From an uncultured Ignavibacteria bacterium (GTDB taxonomy: Bacteria; Zixibacteria; MSB-5A5; CAIYYT01): a stretch of DNA of 64,000 nt. Below are positions 19,735-30,137 of this stretch, in pieces (positions within the stretch are counted from its first letter, which is position 1; each line of letters opens with the position of its first letter). A program made the translations under genes and the position numbers. Where the stretch lies: the NCBI GenBank assembly GCA_964617645.1, contig CAZTYE010000013.1, positions 3,956 to 67,955 on the forward strand, given 5' to 3'. Below the pieces are notes generated by a model. It was not told the origin of the DNA. It saw only the letters and a program-made list of their open reading frames with translations, and searched no databases.

Positions 19735-20974
19735 CATCAATGCGCTGCTCGACGACCCCGACCTCGGCGTGCGGCGCGAAGCGCTCCACCTTCTGTATCT
19801 CCGCGCGGGCAGCGAACGGATGCGGTTTGTGGAGGAGCAACTGAATCACTTTGACCCTCGACGGCAGACCGCCATGCTGGCGTGTATGGCCCGGCATCGG
19901 CTACCGGAATCCGAGAAGCTGCTCGACGAAGAGCGCCTCGAGACTTTCCTGGTGCGGCAGGATGCTGACGCCGAGGCCGGTCGCATCGAGGTGGCGCGAG
20001 TCATGGGCGTGCTCAGCGCCGAGCACTATCGTATTTTCCTCGCGCAACTGCTGGCGGATTCGTCGGTCAACGTCGTGCACGCCGCGATCGCGGCGGTTGG
20101 ACATCGTCGCGATGCCGATTTTATTCCCACGCTTTACGACTTTCTCGCCAGTCCCCGGTCACGGAATGCCGCCAAGGAGGCGCTCGCCGAGTTCGGTACG
20201 CCGATTCTGCCGTTTTTGCGGGACGGACTGTTGTCGGCGCAAACGGCGCCGCGTCTGCGCGAACAAATTCCCAGCGTGATTTATCGCATCGTCGCGCCGG
20301 AGTCCGTGGCGCTACTCGTTGACTGCGCCGCCCAATTACCGCCGCCGCTACGCTGGCGCACAATCCGGGCCTTGAACAAGCTGCTGTCGACATCGAGTCG
20401 GCTGAAATTTCCCGCAACACGAATCGACAAGTTGATAGTTGCCGAATGCGAAGAGCTGTTTCGATACATCGAGATGTTGGCGATCCTTGCCGAAGGCGCC
20501 GACACGGAGGCGAATCGGCTCCTGATTCGGGCAATCGCCGAACGCAAGCGGCTCGGACGCGAGATGGCTTTCCGCCTGCTCGGGCTGCGTTTTGACCGGG
20601 TAGCAATCTACAACGCCTATCTCCGCATCAGCGACCCGCGTCACGACGCGCGCGCCGGAGCGCTGGAGTATCTGAGCAACGTCTTGCCCGCTCAGTATCG
20701 GTCGCAGCTTCTTGCCGTGATTGAGGAACATGCGCCGCAGGAGGCCTTGCGCCGCGCATCATTGTACTACGACCGCCGGATCCGGGACCGGGAGGCGCTG
20801 GTCGAGACGCTGCTCACGGGCCGTGATGACTGGCTCAAGGCCTGCGCGGTCAATACGCTCACGGCAACAGAGACGAGGGCGACAGTCGACCGGGTACGCA
20901 CATTGTGCCAGGATCGCGACGCCGTCGTACGGGAAACGGCGCTTGCCGTCACCGCGGAAAATGGCTATCAATAG
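19718..20974 (+). CDS. HEAT-repeat protein, probably the 3' continuation of the Npt-HEAT gene
   Basis: LLDDPDLGVRREAL, LLADSSVNVVHAAI and D.DAVVRETA HEAT repeats; overlaps the upstream ORF by 17 nt in the +1 frame. Confidence 0.75.
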   Translation: MNWLADINALLDDPDLGVRREALHLLYLRAGSERMRFVEEQLNHFDPRRQTAMLACMARHRLPESEKLLDEERLETFLVRQDADAEAGRIEVARVMGVLSAEHYRIFLAQLLADSSVNVVHAAIAAVGHRRDADFIPTLYDFLASPRSRNAAKEALAEFGTPILPFLRDGLLSAQTAPRLREQIPSVIYRIVAPESVALLVDCAAQLPPPLRWRTIRALNKLLSTSSRLKFPATRIDKLIVAECEELFRYIEMLAILAEGADTEANRLLIRAIAERKRLGREMAFRLLGLRFDRVAIYNAYLRISDPRHDARAGALEYLSNVLPAQYRSQLLAVIEEHAPQEALRRASLYYDRRIRDREALVETLLTGRDDWLKACAVNTLTATETRATVDRVRTLCQDRDAVVRETALAVTAENGYQ

Positions 20975-21007
20975 TTGCGCCCGGCGGGTACGCGGAGCAG
21001 AACGCAA

Positions 21008-21451
21008 GTGCTGACGACGATCGAAAAAGTGATACGACTTCAGGATGTCGACATCTTCGCCAACGTCGCCAGCGGCGATTTGGCTTACGTCGCGGCAATC
21101 GCGGAGGAAGTCAATATCGCCGCCGGAGCGCAGATTTTCGCGGTGGGTGACGCCGCCGATGCGATGTATCTGGTGCTTGAGGGCCGAGTGCGGTTGCATC
21201 GTGACGGCGAAGAGATCGCGCTGGCCGATGCCGGTGTCGCGTTCGGCACCTGGTCTTTGTTCGACGAAGAGCAGCGCGTCGTCGGCGCGACAGCGGTAAT
21301 CGAAAGCCGGCTGTTGTGCATCACGCGCGAAGCGTTCGTCGATATTCTCGCCGATCACGGGGAACTGGCGCAAGCAATATTACGTACACTGTCACGACGG
21401 CTGCGGAACATCGTTGAGCGCGTTCACTGGGATCGTCCCGCCGGAAATTAA
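21008..21451 (+). CDS. Stand-alone cyclic-nucleotide-binding (Crp-like cNMP) domain protein
   Basis: GTG start MLTTIEKVI.LQ.VDIF; GDAADAMYLVLEGRV; FGTWSLFDEEQR..GA.A. Confidence 0.85.
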   Translation: MLTTIEKVIRLQDVDIFANVASGDLAYVAAIAEEVNIAAGAQIFAVGDAADAMYLVLEGRVRLHRDGEEIALADAGVAFGTWSLFDEEQRVVGATAVIESRLLCITREAFVDILADHGELAQAILRTLSRRLRNIVERVHWDRPAGN

Positions 21452-21479
21452 CTCTTGCGACACTCGCGGCAAGGAATCG

Positions 21480-22703
21480 ATGGAAATCGCCCGAGACAAT
21501 AATGCGGCAGCGCGCAGCGCGACGGTGATGATCGTCGACGACGAAGAAATCGTCCTGTCGAGCTTGCGGGCAATGCTGCAGCTTGACACCGATTATCGCG
21601 TGTTGACTTATCGCTCGCCGGTCGAGGCGCTGGCATTCTTGCAGCGCCAGCCGGTAGACATCGTGATTTGCGATTTTCTGATGCCGGAAATGAACGGATT
21701 GCAGTTTCTCGGGCAACTAAAGAAGCTCTATCCGAACGTGCCGCGCATCCTGCTCACCGGTTATGCCGACAAAGGCAACGCGATACTGGCCATCAATGAG
21801 ATCGGGCTGTACCAATACATCGAAAAGCCGTGGGATAACCATCACATCAAACTCGTGCTGCGCAACGGTCTGGCGACCAAAACGCTGGAAGACACTTTGC
21901 AACTCAAGCTGCGCGAGCTTGACGAAGTGTTGCGTTCACGCGACTTGATCGCTTCCCGCGAAGAGTCACTCCGGCAGGAGATGGATTTGGCGCGCCAGGT
22001 GCAGCAGAATCTGCTGCCGAAACCGATGAGCGCACGCACCGACTTGACGGTAGCCGCCAATTATCTGCCGGCACTGGAGATCGGGGGCGATTTTTATGAT
22101 TGGCGCTGGATGGATGAGCATCGCTTGGCGGTATTGGTTGCCGACGCTACCGGGCACGGCGTGCAGGCGGCGTTATCAACGGCACTGCTCAAATTCGCTT
22201 TTGTGTCGCTGATTGACTCCGGTCGCGTTCTGCCGGAAATCGTGCGCGGCATGCACGAAATCCTCGATCGCGGGTTGCCGCCGAACACCTTCGTCGCCGC
22301 GGCTCTGGCGATCATCGATACGAATTCACGACGGGCCGAAATCGTCAATGCCGGACTCCCGCATCCGTTGATTTACCGGCGGAAAGCCGATTGCGTCGAA
22401 CGCGTGCCGATCAGCGGCCTGTTCCTCGGGCTTGATCTTCCCGGGCATTTCAGCCCCGGCGAACCGGCGACGGTAACTCTTGGCGCCGGCGACCGACTTC
22501 TGTTATATTCAGACGGGCTGGCCGAGATCAGCGACGATCAGGGCCGGCTCTTTGGCGACGGTCCGCTGTCGGACGCCATCGCGCAACATTGCAGTCATCA
22601 GCTAAACGAGATGATCGAACGGCTGCCCGAAGTTGCCGCCCGCTTCGGCAGCTCACCGCATGAAGCCGACGACATCACACTTGTCGGCGTCGAAACGCTC
22701 TAA
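21480..22703 (+). CDS. Receiver domain fused to PP2C/SpoIIE (RsbU-like) phosphatase
   Basis: MIVDDEE and ICDFLMP receiver; IGGDFYD, VADATGHG, LYSDGL and DDITL PP2C motifs. Confidence 0.92.
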   Translation: MEIARDNNAAARSATVMIVDDEEIVLSSLRAMLQLDTDYRVLTYRSPVEALAFLQRQPVDIVICDFLMPEMNGLQFLGQLKKLYPNVPRILLTGYADKGNAILAINEIGLYQYIEKPWDNHHIKLVLRNGLATKTLEDTLQLKLRELDEVLRSRDLIASREESLRQEMDLARQVQQNLLPKPMSARTDLTVAANYLPALEIGGDFYDWRWMDEHRLAVLVADATGHGVQAALSTALLKFAFVSLIDSGRVLPEIVRGMHEILDRGLPPNTFVAAALAIIDTNSRRAEIVNAGLPHPLIYRRKADCVERVPISGLFLGLDLPGHFSPGEPATVTLGAGDRLLLYSDGLAEISDDQGRLFGDGPLSDAIAQHCSHQLNEMIERLPEVAARFGSSPHEADDITLVGVETL

Positions 22704-22721
22704 GAAGGAGAATCGCTGATC

Positions 22722-23222
22722 GTGGCAGATAAAAAGCAAGCGCCGAACGCCGAGCGCACGGAGGTAATCGTACTGGTGGACGATGAGGAAATGGTCCTCT
22801 CCAGTTTGTCGTCCTTTCTCCGCCTCGAAACCAACTACGTCGTCAAAACGTTCGTTTCCGCCAATCAGGCACTGGATTTCGTAAAGAACAACGAAGTCGA
22901 TCTTGTGCTGTCTGACTATTTAATGCCCGAGATGGATGGAATCACGTTTTTGGCGCGCGTGCGCGATTTGCATCCACAGGTTCCCCGGATTATTCTCACC
23001 GGATATGCCGACAAAGAGAATGCGATCAAGGCGATCAATGAAGTGGGGTTATTCCAGTATCTCGAGAAGCCGTGGGACAACGACGATATCTTGATTGTGC
23101 TGCGCAACGGTCTGGAGCGCAACAAGCTGATGAAGAAGTTGCAGGAGAAGATCGACGAGATCAATCGAGCCTATGGCGAGCTGCAATTGCTGCAGAAGGA
23201 AATCGTCAAAGCATTTGTGTAA
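22722..23222 (+). CDS. Response regulator (receiver plus coiled coil, no output domain)
   Basis: LVDDEE, LSDYLMPEMDG and EKPW; closely similar to the receiver of the upstream gene. Confidence 0.9.
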   Translation: MADKKQAPNAERTEVIVLVDDEEMVLSSLSSFLRLETNYVVKTFVSANQALDFVKNNEVDLVLSDYLMPEMDGITFLARVRDLHPQVPRIILTGYADKENAIKAINEVGLFQYLEKPWDNDDILIVLRNGLERNKLMKKLQEKIDEINRAYGELQLLQKEIVKAFV

Positions 23223-23508
23223 TTCTCTTTCATAATTTTATAAACGATTGAGCCGTTCGCCGGTATCCATTCTGCCTATCCTGCGATGTGTCAGCGCACT
23301 CCTGTACCTTTTATCTACAAAGGAGTTAGGGTCGCAACCTAAAGTGTCACACTAATCAAGCATCCGCGTGGTTTTCTCCGCCATTCAAAGATTATTTTGA
23401 ACCTAATAAAGCCTTAACCATTCCCGGTACCTTCCCCAGAAACTCGTAAGGGCGAGTTTCGAGAGCAAGTAAGGCAAGGACTAACACAGTTAGGGAAGGA
23501 AACGGGAA

Positions 23509-26451
23509 ATGAGAAAGTTCGAGACGAACCAGCGATCTCGATCGCACGCCAGACGGTGGGTTGTTGCCGTCATCTATATTCTGATCTTGGGGCCGGCTTT
23601 AGAGACGGTATCAGCCCAGAATGTCCAGACTGGGCGCATCATCGGGAAGATCGTACAGAAAGAAACCGGTGAGGCCCTCATCGGTGCGGTCGTGACCGTC
23701 GAGAACACAAAACTCGGAGCGCAGTCCGACCTTGATGGAAACTACATCATCAACAACGTTCCGGTCGGTACGTACCGTCTGATCGCGCAGTCGGTTGGAT
23801 TCACGCGGATCATTGTTGAGAACGCCGCTGTCACCGCCGGTCAAGCCATGAAGATGGACTTCGCCATGCAATCGGAGGCGATTGTCGGTGACGAAGTCGT
23901 CGTCGAAGCGTCGCGTCTCAAAGACTCCGAATCCTCACTGCTCAGCTTGCGGCAGCAGGCGCCCGCCGCGCAGGATGCGATCAGCTCCGAGGCGATCTCA
24001 CGCGCCGGAGCCGGAGATGCTGCGGCGGCAATGACCCGAATTACAGGGGCATCGGTGGAAAGCGGCAAGTACGCGGTGATTCGCGGACTCTCCGGCCGCT
24101 ATTCGAGCACATCTCTGAACGGCTCTCAGCTTCCATCGACTGATCCGGATCGTCCGGCGGTGCAAATGGACTTAATGCCGACGGGGTTGCTCGACAATAT
24201 CGTCGTGCAGAAGACTTTCACGCCCGACCAGCCGGGTAATTTTTCCGGCGGTGCGGTCAATCTCAATACGAAGGACCTGCCAGAGAAGCTGAGCGTGAAG
24301 CTTTCCAGTTCGGTGTCTTACAATGATAACGTGACGTGGCGCGACGACGTCATCAGTCACAATGGTGCTTCGTCCGAAAAGTTTGGATACGACAACGGAT
24401 TTCGCGATCCGCCGGCGATCATCGCGGACTCTTCTTTCCGGGTGCCGGGCTACTCGACGGTCCGGACAAGTCCCGAAGGCGCCCGCTATCTCGATCAGGC
24501 CGCCAAGTCGCTGAGCCGCGACTTCAGTTTCAACAAGAGGTCGATTCCGCTCAATCAGGGCTATTCCCTTTCGTTCGGCAATCTCTATCAAATGTTTGAC
24601 CGCCCGCTCGGCGTGATCGGGTCGCTGACATACAATCGCAGCTACTCGTACACTCCGGACGGCGTATACCGGCGCTTCGAGACCAACGCTCAGGACGGAA
24701 AGCTGCTGGGTCTGGGGATCTTTCAGGACTACGCCGATGAAAAGGCGTCGGAAGAGGTTCTCTGGGGTGGACTATTCTCAGCCAATTTTGCGCCAAGCTC
24801 GAATCACAAGCTGCGCTTTACTTTCAATCGCAACCAACACGGCGAGAAGGTTTCCCGCCGTCTCGAGGGCCAGTACCGCACGTACACGGAATCAGAGTCG
24901 CAACTCTTGCGCAGCTACGCCTGGCAGTACACCGAGCGCTCGATGCAGGCGTTTCAGTACGGCGGCGATCACTCGTTGAACTTACCGGCTCTCAATCGTA
25001 CGCGCTTGGAATGGAATGCCAGCTTTAGCACCAACCAACAGGACGATCCGGATCTCCGCTACTGGACGGATATTGCCAATTACGATGACACCGGCGCGTT
25101 CGTCGACGCCGGCATCGTGACCGGATTTCCATTCCCGACGCACTACTTCCGCTATCTGACCGAGAAAAATCGCGAACTCAAAGCGGACTGGTCGATTCCG
25201 CTCTCCCGGAGCGGCAGTTCGGTCAAGATTGGCTCGGCGCTAATCGAAAAGTCGCGCAATCAGGACAACTGGATGCTGCGCCTGAATCCGACGCAATCGC
25301 CGCAGTTTTTCTCGAGTTACAACGGCGATCCGGCGAGCATTTTAGTCGATGACAAGCTGGGCATCGTTGACTCGACATTCGATTCGTTCAGCAACAAGTG
25401 GACTTATCGCTTCGGCATCGTGCCCGAAAATCTTTCACGCAAAACCGACACTTACAGGGGTGAGCAGAATGTTGCCGCCCTCTACGGAATGTTCGATTGG
25501 AAGTTGTCTTCCAAGTTTGACGTGATTGCCGGCGCCCGCTGGGAAGAAACCGATCAGTGGGTCGAATCGTTAGATTCATCCTCACGGGATTTCCGGGGCG
25601 CCTATGAGGTTTCCGATTGGTTGCCGTCGGTAAACTTGGTCTACCATGCGTTGCCCAACATGAATTTGCGGGGCGCTTTCAGCATCACGACCGCGCGCCC
25701 GACGATTCGCGAGATGGCGCCGTTCTACAGCTTCGAATTCCTGACCGGCAACAACAACATCGGCAATCCGCGTTTGACCCGCACGCTGATTCGCAATTAT
25801 GACTTGCGTTGGGAGTGGTTCACGCGACCGGGTGAAGTAATCGCGGTGAGCGGGTTCTTCAAGAACTTCACCGATCCGATCGAGCGGTTCAATATCTCGG
25901 ATAACAGCGACGTGAGCTTTCTGAATGTGCCCAAGGCGCAGGTTTACGGCGCGGAAATTGAATTCCGTCGCCGCCTCGACCATACCGGCATCGGACTACT
26001 CAAGCACTTTCAAATCGGCGGCAACCTGACGCTGGTGCAGTCGGAAGTTGATATCGACCCCACCGAACTGGCCTACCGCGTTGGTCGCGGCCTGCTCGAT
26101 TCGACCGAAACGAAACGCGCCTTTGGCGGTCAATCTCCCTACGTCGTCAACTTCGAGATCATCTACTCCAGTCCGAGCCGTTCGACAGAGATCGCGCTGC
26201 TCTACAATGTTTACGGCGATCGCTTGGCGGAGGTCGGTTACCGCGCGCCCGATGTTTACGAGCAGGAGCGCCACGTTTTGGATCTGACGTTGTCGCGGTC
26301 GTTGCTGGGCCTTCTGACCGCGAAGTTGACGGCCAAGAATCTGCTTAACGAAGATCGCTTCATGACGCAAGAAGCGGGCGGCACGCAGTACACCCGTTCG
26401 CTGGTGCGTGAAGGGCGATCGTTCTCACTGGGGCTGAGCTACTCGCTGTAA
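23509..26451 (+). CDS. TonB-dependent receptor with N-terminal carboxypeptidase-regulatory-like domain
   Basis: Signal peptide; GRIIGKIV..ETGEALIGA; plug motifs IRGLSGRYS and KTFTPDQPGNFSGG..NL.TK; terminal GRSFSLGLSYSL. Confidence 0.92.
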   Translation: MRKFETNQRSRSHARRWVVAVIYILILGPALETVSAQNVQTGRIIGKIVQKETGEALIGAVVTVENTKLGAQSDLDGNYIINNVPVGTYRLIAQSVGFTRIIVENAAVTAGQAMKMDFAMQSEAIVGDEVVVEASRLKDSESSLLSLRQQAPAAQDAISSEAISRAGAGDAAAAMTRITGASVESGKYAVIRGLSGRYSSTSLNGSQLPSTDPDRPAVQMDLMPTGLLDNIVVQKTFTPDQPGNFSGGAVNLNTKDLPEKLSVKLSSSVSYNDNVTWRDDVISHNGASSEKFGYDNGFRDPPAIIADSSFRVPGYSTVRTSPEGARYLDQAAKSLSRDFSFNKRSIPLNQGYSLSFGNLYQMFDRPLGVIGSLTYNRSYSYTPDGVYRRFETNAQDGKLLGLGIFQDYADEKASEEVLWGGLFSANFAPSSNHKLRFTFNRNQHGEKVSRRLEGQYRTYTESESQLLRSYAWQYTERSMQAFQYGGDHSLNLPALNRTRLEWNASFSTNQQDDPDLRYWTDIANYDDTGAFVDAGIVTGFPFPTHYFRYLTEKNRELKADWSIPLSRSGSSVKIGSALIEKSRNQDNWMLRLNPTQSPQFFSSYNGDPASILVDDKLGIVDSTFDSFSNKWTYRFGIVPENLSRKTDTYRGEQNVAALYGMFDWKLSSKFDVIAGARWEETDQWVESLDSSSRDFRGAYEVSDWLPSVNLVYHALPNMNLRGAFSITTARPTIREMAPFYSFEFLTGNNNIGNPRLTRTLIRNYDLRWEWFTRPGEVIAVSGFFKNFTDPIERFNISDNSDVSFLNVPKAQVYGAEIEFRRRLDHTGIGLLKHFQIGGNLTLVQSEVDIDPTELAYRVGRGLLDSTETKRAFGGQSPYVVNFEIIYSSPSRSTEIALLYNVYGDRLAEVGYRAPDVYEQERHVLDLTLSRSLLGLLTAKLTAKNLLNEDRFMTQEAGGTQYTRSLVREGRSFSLGLSYSL

Positions 26452-26700
26452 CGGCGGGCGCCGAACAGAACCAGAGGAACACAGAGATGTTGATGACAGC
26501 AGAAACAAGATTCCATCGACTGGTTGAACGTTTATCATACATCGTAGCACGTTTTCGTCTTCCTGGATTCCGAACTTGCTTCGCTGAGCAGCTCGGCAAG
26601 AACATGGTGCCTCGGGCATCACACGTACTTAACCCATCTACTTTCCTACAGGCAAACAACCAAACCCAAAACATGCACCGATCCTTTAAGGAGGTAACCA

Positions 26701-29700
26701 GTGCAGCGTAAGTCTCTACTGTCTCTTCTGGTGTTGTTGATGATTTCGACCGCGGCGGCGTTCGGCCAGTGTCTGAGCGAGCCGGGGCGTACTTTGGTAT
26801 TCGTGCCCGTCGGCGACATCGCAGTCAACACGCTTTGGACGAACAACAATGTCTATGTGCTGCAGGGCCCGACTTATGTCGTCAGCGGCGTCACGCTGAC
26901 GATCGAGCCGGGAACTGTGATTAAGGGCATCACCGGCCTGCCGCCGGGTTCCGTCGCGGCGCTCGTTGTCGAACGCGGTGGCAAGATTATCGCGGACGGC
27001 ACCGCCGCGCAGCCGATCATCTGGACGGCCTGCACCGACGATGTCAGTAACCCGAACGATCTTGGCCGTTCCGACCGCGGACTCTGGGGATCGCTGATCA
27101 TTCTGGGTCGCGCGCCGATCAACGGCACCGTGACTCCGCCGGAAATCTGTCCGACGGCATTGATTGAAGGATTGCCGCCGTCAGCCAAGCACACCTACGG
27201 CGGATGCGATCCGACCGACAATTCCGGCATCATTCGCTACAATCAGTTCAAGCACGGCGGCTCGATCATCGGCGCCGCGAACGAAATCAACGGGCTGACT
27301 CTCGGCGGCGTCGGCTCCGGCACGACCATCGAGTACGTCGAAGTGTTCGCGAACCTCGACGACGGATTTGAGTGGTTCGGCGGCAACGTCAACTGCAAAT
27401 ACCTCGTCTCGGCTTTCAATGACGACGATGACTTTGACTGGGACCAGGGTTACCATGGCAAGCTTCAGTTCCTGTTCGCGATTAAGGATTCGACGAACGG
27501 CGACCGGCTGTTTGAGTCCGACGGTGACGACGGCAACGCCGACACGGATCCAACGGCTCGCCCGGTCGTCTATAATGTGACGTCGATTGGTCGCGGCCAG
27601 CTTCCGAGCTCACCGTCAAATGCCAATGCGGCATTCCACTTCAAGGAGAATTCCGGCGGTCATATTCGTAATGCGATCGTGGTCGACTGGCCACGTAACG
27701 GCGTCTTTATGGAAGACCAGTCTTCCCCGTCGTTCAGCTTGACCTATCCGGACTGCGCGATCTTGACGCAAAAAGACGTGGAATACCGCAGTCGCTGCTG
27801 GACAGGATCGTACAATACGAACTTCTCGCCGGCGGCACCGGCCTACGCGAACCCGATTTTCGCAGGCGGCGCGGGCATCGGTTCCGACTTGACCATGTAC
27901 GGCGTGATCTTCTGGAACATTGGCCGCAACGCCAAGCTGCTTCCGAACGAACTCACTGCCGGTCAATCGTGGACCGAGAAGCGTCTCTTCACCGACTATC
28001 CGGCTTTGGCCGTCAGTTTGACGGGTCAAAGCTGGCGCAATGTGATCGATAACCCGCTGCTCTACGGCACAGACTTCGCGCGCTGCCGTTTTGCGGGCCA
28101 AAACGCGCTTGATCCGCGCCCGGCGCCGAATTCACCGGCGTTCACCGAAGCCCGTACCGATGCTCCGGCGGAAGATGCGTTCTTCTCGTCGGCGCCGTAT
28201 GCGGGCGCGTTTGACGCGACCAATAACTGGTTGTGTGGCTGGACGAATATTGACGATCAGAATTATCTTCGTCCGTGCGCGCCGCGTGTGACTACTTGCC
28301 TTGATGAAACCGGCAAGACGACGATTTCGGTTCCGGCGGGAGACATCAATAGAAACGTCAATTGGACGAACGAGAACATCTACGTGCTTCAGGGGCCGGT
28401 TTACGTTACCGACTCCGCGCGCATCACGATCGAGCAGGGCACGATTATCAAAGGCGTAACCGGCCTGCCGCCGGGTTCGGTGGCGACGCTTACGATCGAG
28501 CGCAATGCGCAGATTTATGCTCTCGGCGATAGCTGTTGCCCGATCGTGTTCACGGCGCAAACCGACAACGTGAATAATGCGAATGATCTGACCCGGTCGG
28601 ATCGCGGTCTCTGGGGTTCGCTGATCGTGCTCGGCAACGCGCCGATCAACGGCACTGTGACGCCACCCAATCTTTGCGCGACCAATTTCATTGAAGGTTT
28701 GACACCGTCGCCGAAGACCGAGTACGGCGGTTGCGACGCGTTCGATAACTCCGGCGTGATTAAGTGGATTCAGCTTAAGCACGGAGGCTCGATTATTGGC
28801 GCCGCGAACGAGATAAATGGTCTCACGTTGGGTGGAGTTGGTTCCGGAACCGAAGTGCACCATGTCGAAGTGTTCGCGAATCTTGACGACGGTTACGAGT
28901 GGTTCGGCGGCACGGTAAACTGTCGGTATCTGGTTTCGGCTTTCAATGATGACGACGATTTCGACTGGGACCAGGGTTACAGCGGCAAGCTGCAGTTTCT
29001 GTTCTCGATCAAGGACTCGACCAACGGCGACCGCGCCTTCGAGTCTGACGGCGACGACGGCAACGTCGACACCGAGCCGTACTCCCGTCCGATTGTCTAC
29101 AACGTGACATCTTTTGGTCGCGGCGAGGTGTTCGCTACGGCGCCGTCAAACGAAGACGCCGCGCTGAAGTTCAAAGAGAATTCCGGCGGTCACATCCGCA
29201 ATTCGATTTTCTACGAGTGGCCGCGCGGCGGCGTCGATATCGAAGACCAATCGAGCCCGTCGTTCAGCTTGGCCGCGATTCCCGATTGCGCGGTGCTGAC
29301 GCAGATCGATTGCGAATATCATAGCCGCTGCGAGACCGCTACGTTCACTAACCCGAACTGGGTTGGTGGCTATAGCAACACCAATGCGGCGTACGCGAAT
29401 AGCAATCTCTCGATCTACGGCACGTTGTGGTGCGCGATCAACGCGGCCGCGATCACCCCGAGTATCGTCGCACGCAGCCAGAGCTATACGGAACAGCGTC
29501 TCTTCACCGACTACCCGAGCATCGGCGGTTCGCTTGCCGGTGTGGCCGGTGGCAAGTGGGACAATCGCATAAGCGATCCGGTGTTCAAAGGCAACAAGCG
29601 CAATCTTAGCCGTTTCGCAGGCAACAACGCGCTCGATCCGCGCCCGGCGGCCGGAGAAGCAGCGTTTACGCTTCCGATCAAGGACGCCCCGGCGGAAGAT

Positions 29701-30030
29701 TCGTGGTTCTACTCGGCTCCCTATGCTGGCGCCTTCAATGCCACCAATAATTGGATGCTTTGCTGGACCGCGCTTTGGCAGGCCGACTACCTCAACGAGA
29801 ACGCGCCAGCGGCGTGCAGTGGGAAGTGCGGAGATGTCGACGGCAACGGCGCGTGGAGTATCGCGGATGCGGTATACATGATCAATTACATCTTTGCCGG
29901 CGGATCGGCGCCTTGCTCGACGCGCAATGGTGATGCCGACGGCAACGGCGCCTTGAGCATAGCCGACGCCGTCTATCTGATCAATTACATCTTCGCGGGC
30001 GGCTCGGCTCCGGCGTGCCCCTGCGTCTAA
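26701..30030 (+). CDS. Secreted protein with two tandem ~509-aa beta-helix-like domains and a C-terminal dockerin-like module
   Basis: Signal peptide; two near-identical units (GLPPGSVA.L...RGLWGSLI.LG.APING...EINGLTLGGVGSGT...DDG.EWFGG.V...DDDFDWDQGY); GGCCTGCCGCCGGGTTC recurs at 26935 and 28462; paired GD.DGNGA.SIADAVY.INYIF.GG motifs. Confidence 0.8.
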   Translation: MQRKSLLSLLVLLMISTAAAFGQCLSEPGRTLVFVPVGDIAVNTLWTNNNVYVLQGPTYVVSGVTLTIEPGTVIKGITGLPPGSVAALVVERGGKIIADGTAAQPIIWTACTDDVSNPNDLGRSDRGLWGSLIILGRAPINGTVTPPEICPTALIEGLPPSAKHTYGGCDPTDNSGIIRYNQFKHGGSIIGAANEINGLTLGGVGSGTTIEYVEVFANLDDGFEWFGGNVNCKYLVSAFNDDDDFDWDQGYHGKLQFLFAIKDSTNGDRLFESDGDDGNADTDPTARPVVYNVTSIGRGQLPSSPSNANAAFHFKENSGGHIRNAIVVDWPRNGVFMEDQSSPSFSLTYPDCAILTQKDVEYRSRCWTGSYNTNFSPAAPAYANPIFAGGAGIGSDLTMYGVIFWNIGRNAKLLPNELTAGQSWTEKRLFTDYPALAVSLTGQSWRNVIDNPLLYGTDFARCRFAGQNALDPRPAPNSPAFTEARTDAPAEDAFFSSAPYAGAFDATNNWLCGWTNIDDQNYLRPCAPRVTTCLDETGKTTISVPAGDINRNVNWTNENIYVLQGPVYVTDSARITIEQGTIIKGVTGLPPGSVATLTIERNAQIYALGDSCCPIVFTAQTDNVNNANDLTRSDRGLWGSLIVLGNAPINGTVTPPNLCATNFIEGLTPSPKTEYGGCDAFDNSGVIKWIQLKHGGSIIGAANEINGLTLGGVGSGTEVHHVEVFANLDDGYEWFGGTVNCRYLVSAFNDDDDFDWDQGYSGKLQFLFSIKDSTNGDRAFESDGDDGNVDTEPYSRPIVYNVTSFGRGEVFATAPSNEDAALKFKENSGGHIRNSIFYEWPRGGVDIEDQSSPSFSLAAIPDCAVLTQIDCEYHSRCETATFTNPNWVGGYSNTNAAYANSNLSIYGTLWCAINAAAITPSIVARSQSYTEQRLFTDYPSIGGSLAGVAGGKWDNRISDPVFKGNKRNLSRFAGNNALDPRPAAGEAAFTLPIKDAPAEDSWFYSAPYAGAFNATNNWMLCWTALWQADYLNENAPAACSGKCGDVDGNGAWSIADAVYMINYIFAGGSAPCSTRNGDADGNGALSIADAVYLINYIFAGGSAPACPCV

Positions 30031-30062
30031 ACAAGCCCCTTACTTGTTAGTCCGAAAGCAAG

Positions 30063-30088
30063 CGACGGTTCTCCGGAACCGTCGTTTT
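30063..30088 (+). terminator. Intrinsic terminator
   Basis: CGACGGTTC-TCCG-GAACCGTCG perfect 9-bp stem followed by TTTT. Confidence 0.8.
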
Positions 30089-30137
30089 GCCTTGGTGTTG
30101 GGTCGTTGCCGCCGAACACCAAAAATGCCCGCGAGAT

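Noticed and set aside
23230-23425. Pho-box-like direct repeats upstream of the TonB receptor
   Set aside because: Only a weak pair (CCTAATAA / CTTAACCA, 11-bp period), not distinguishable from AT-rich background.
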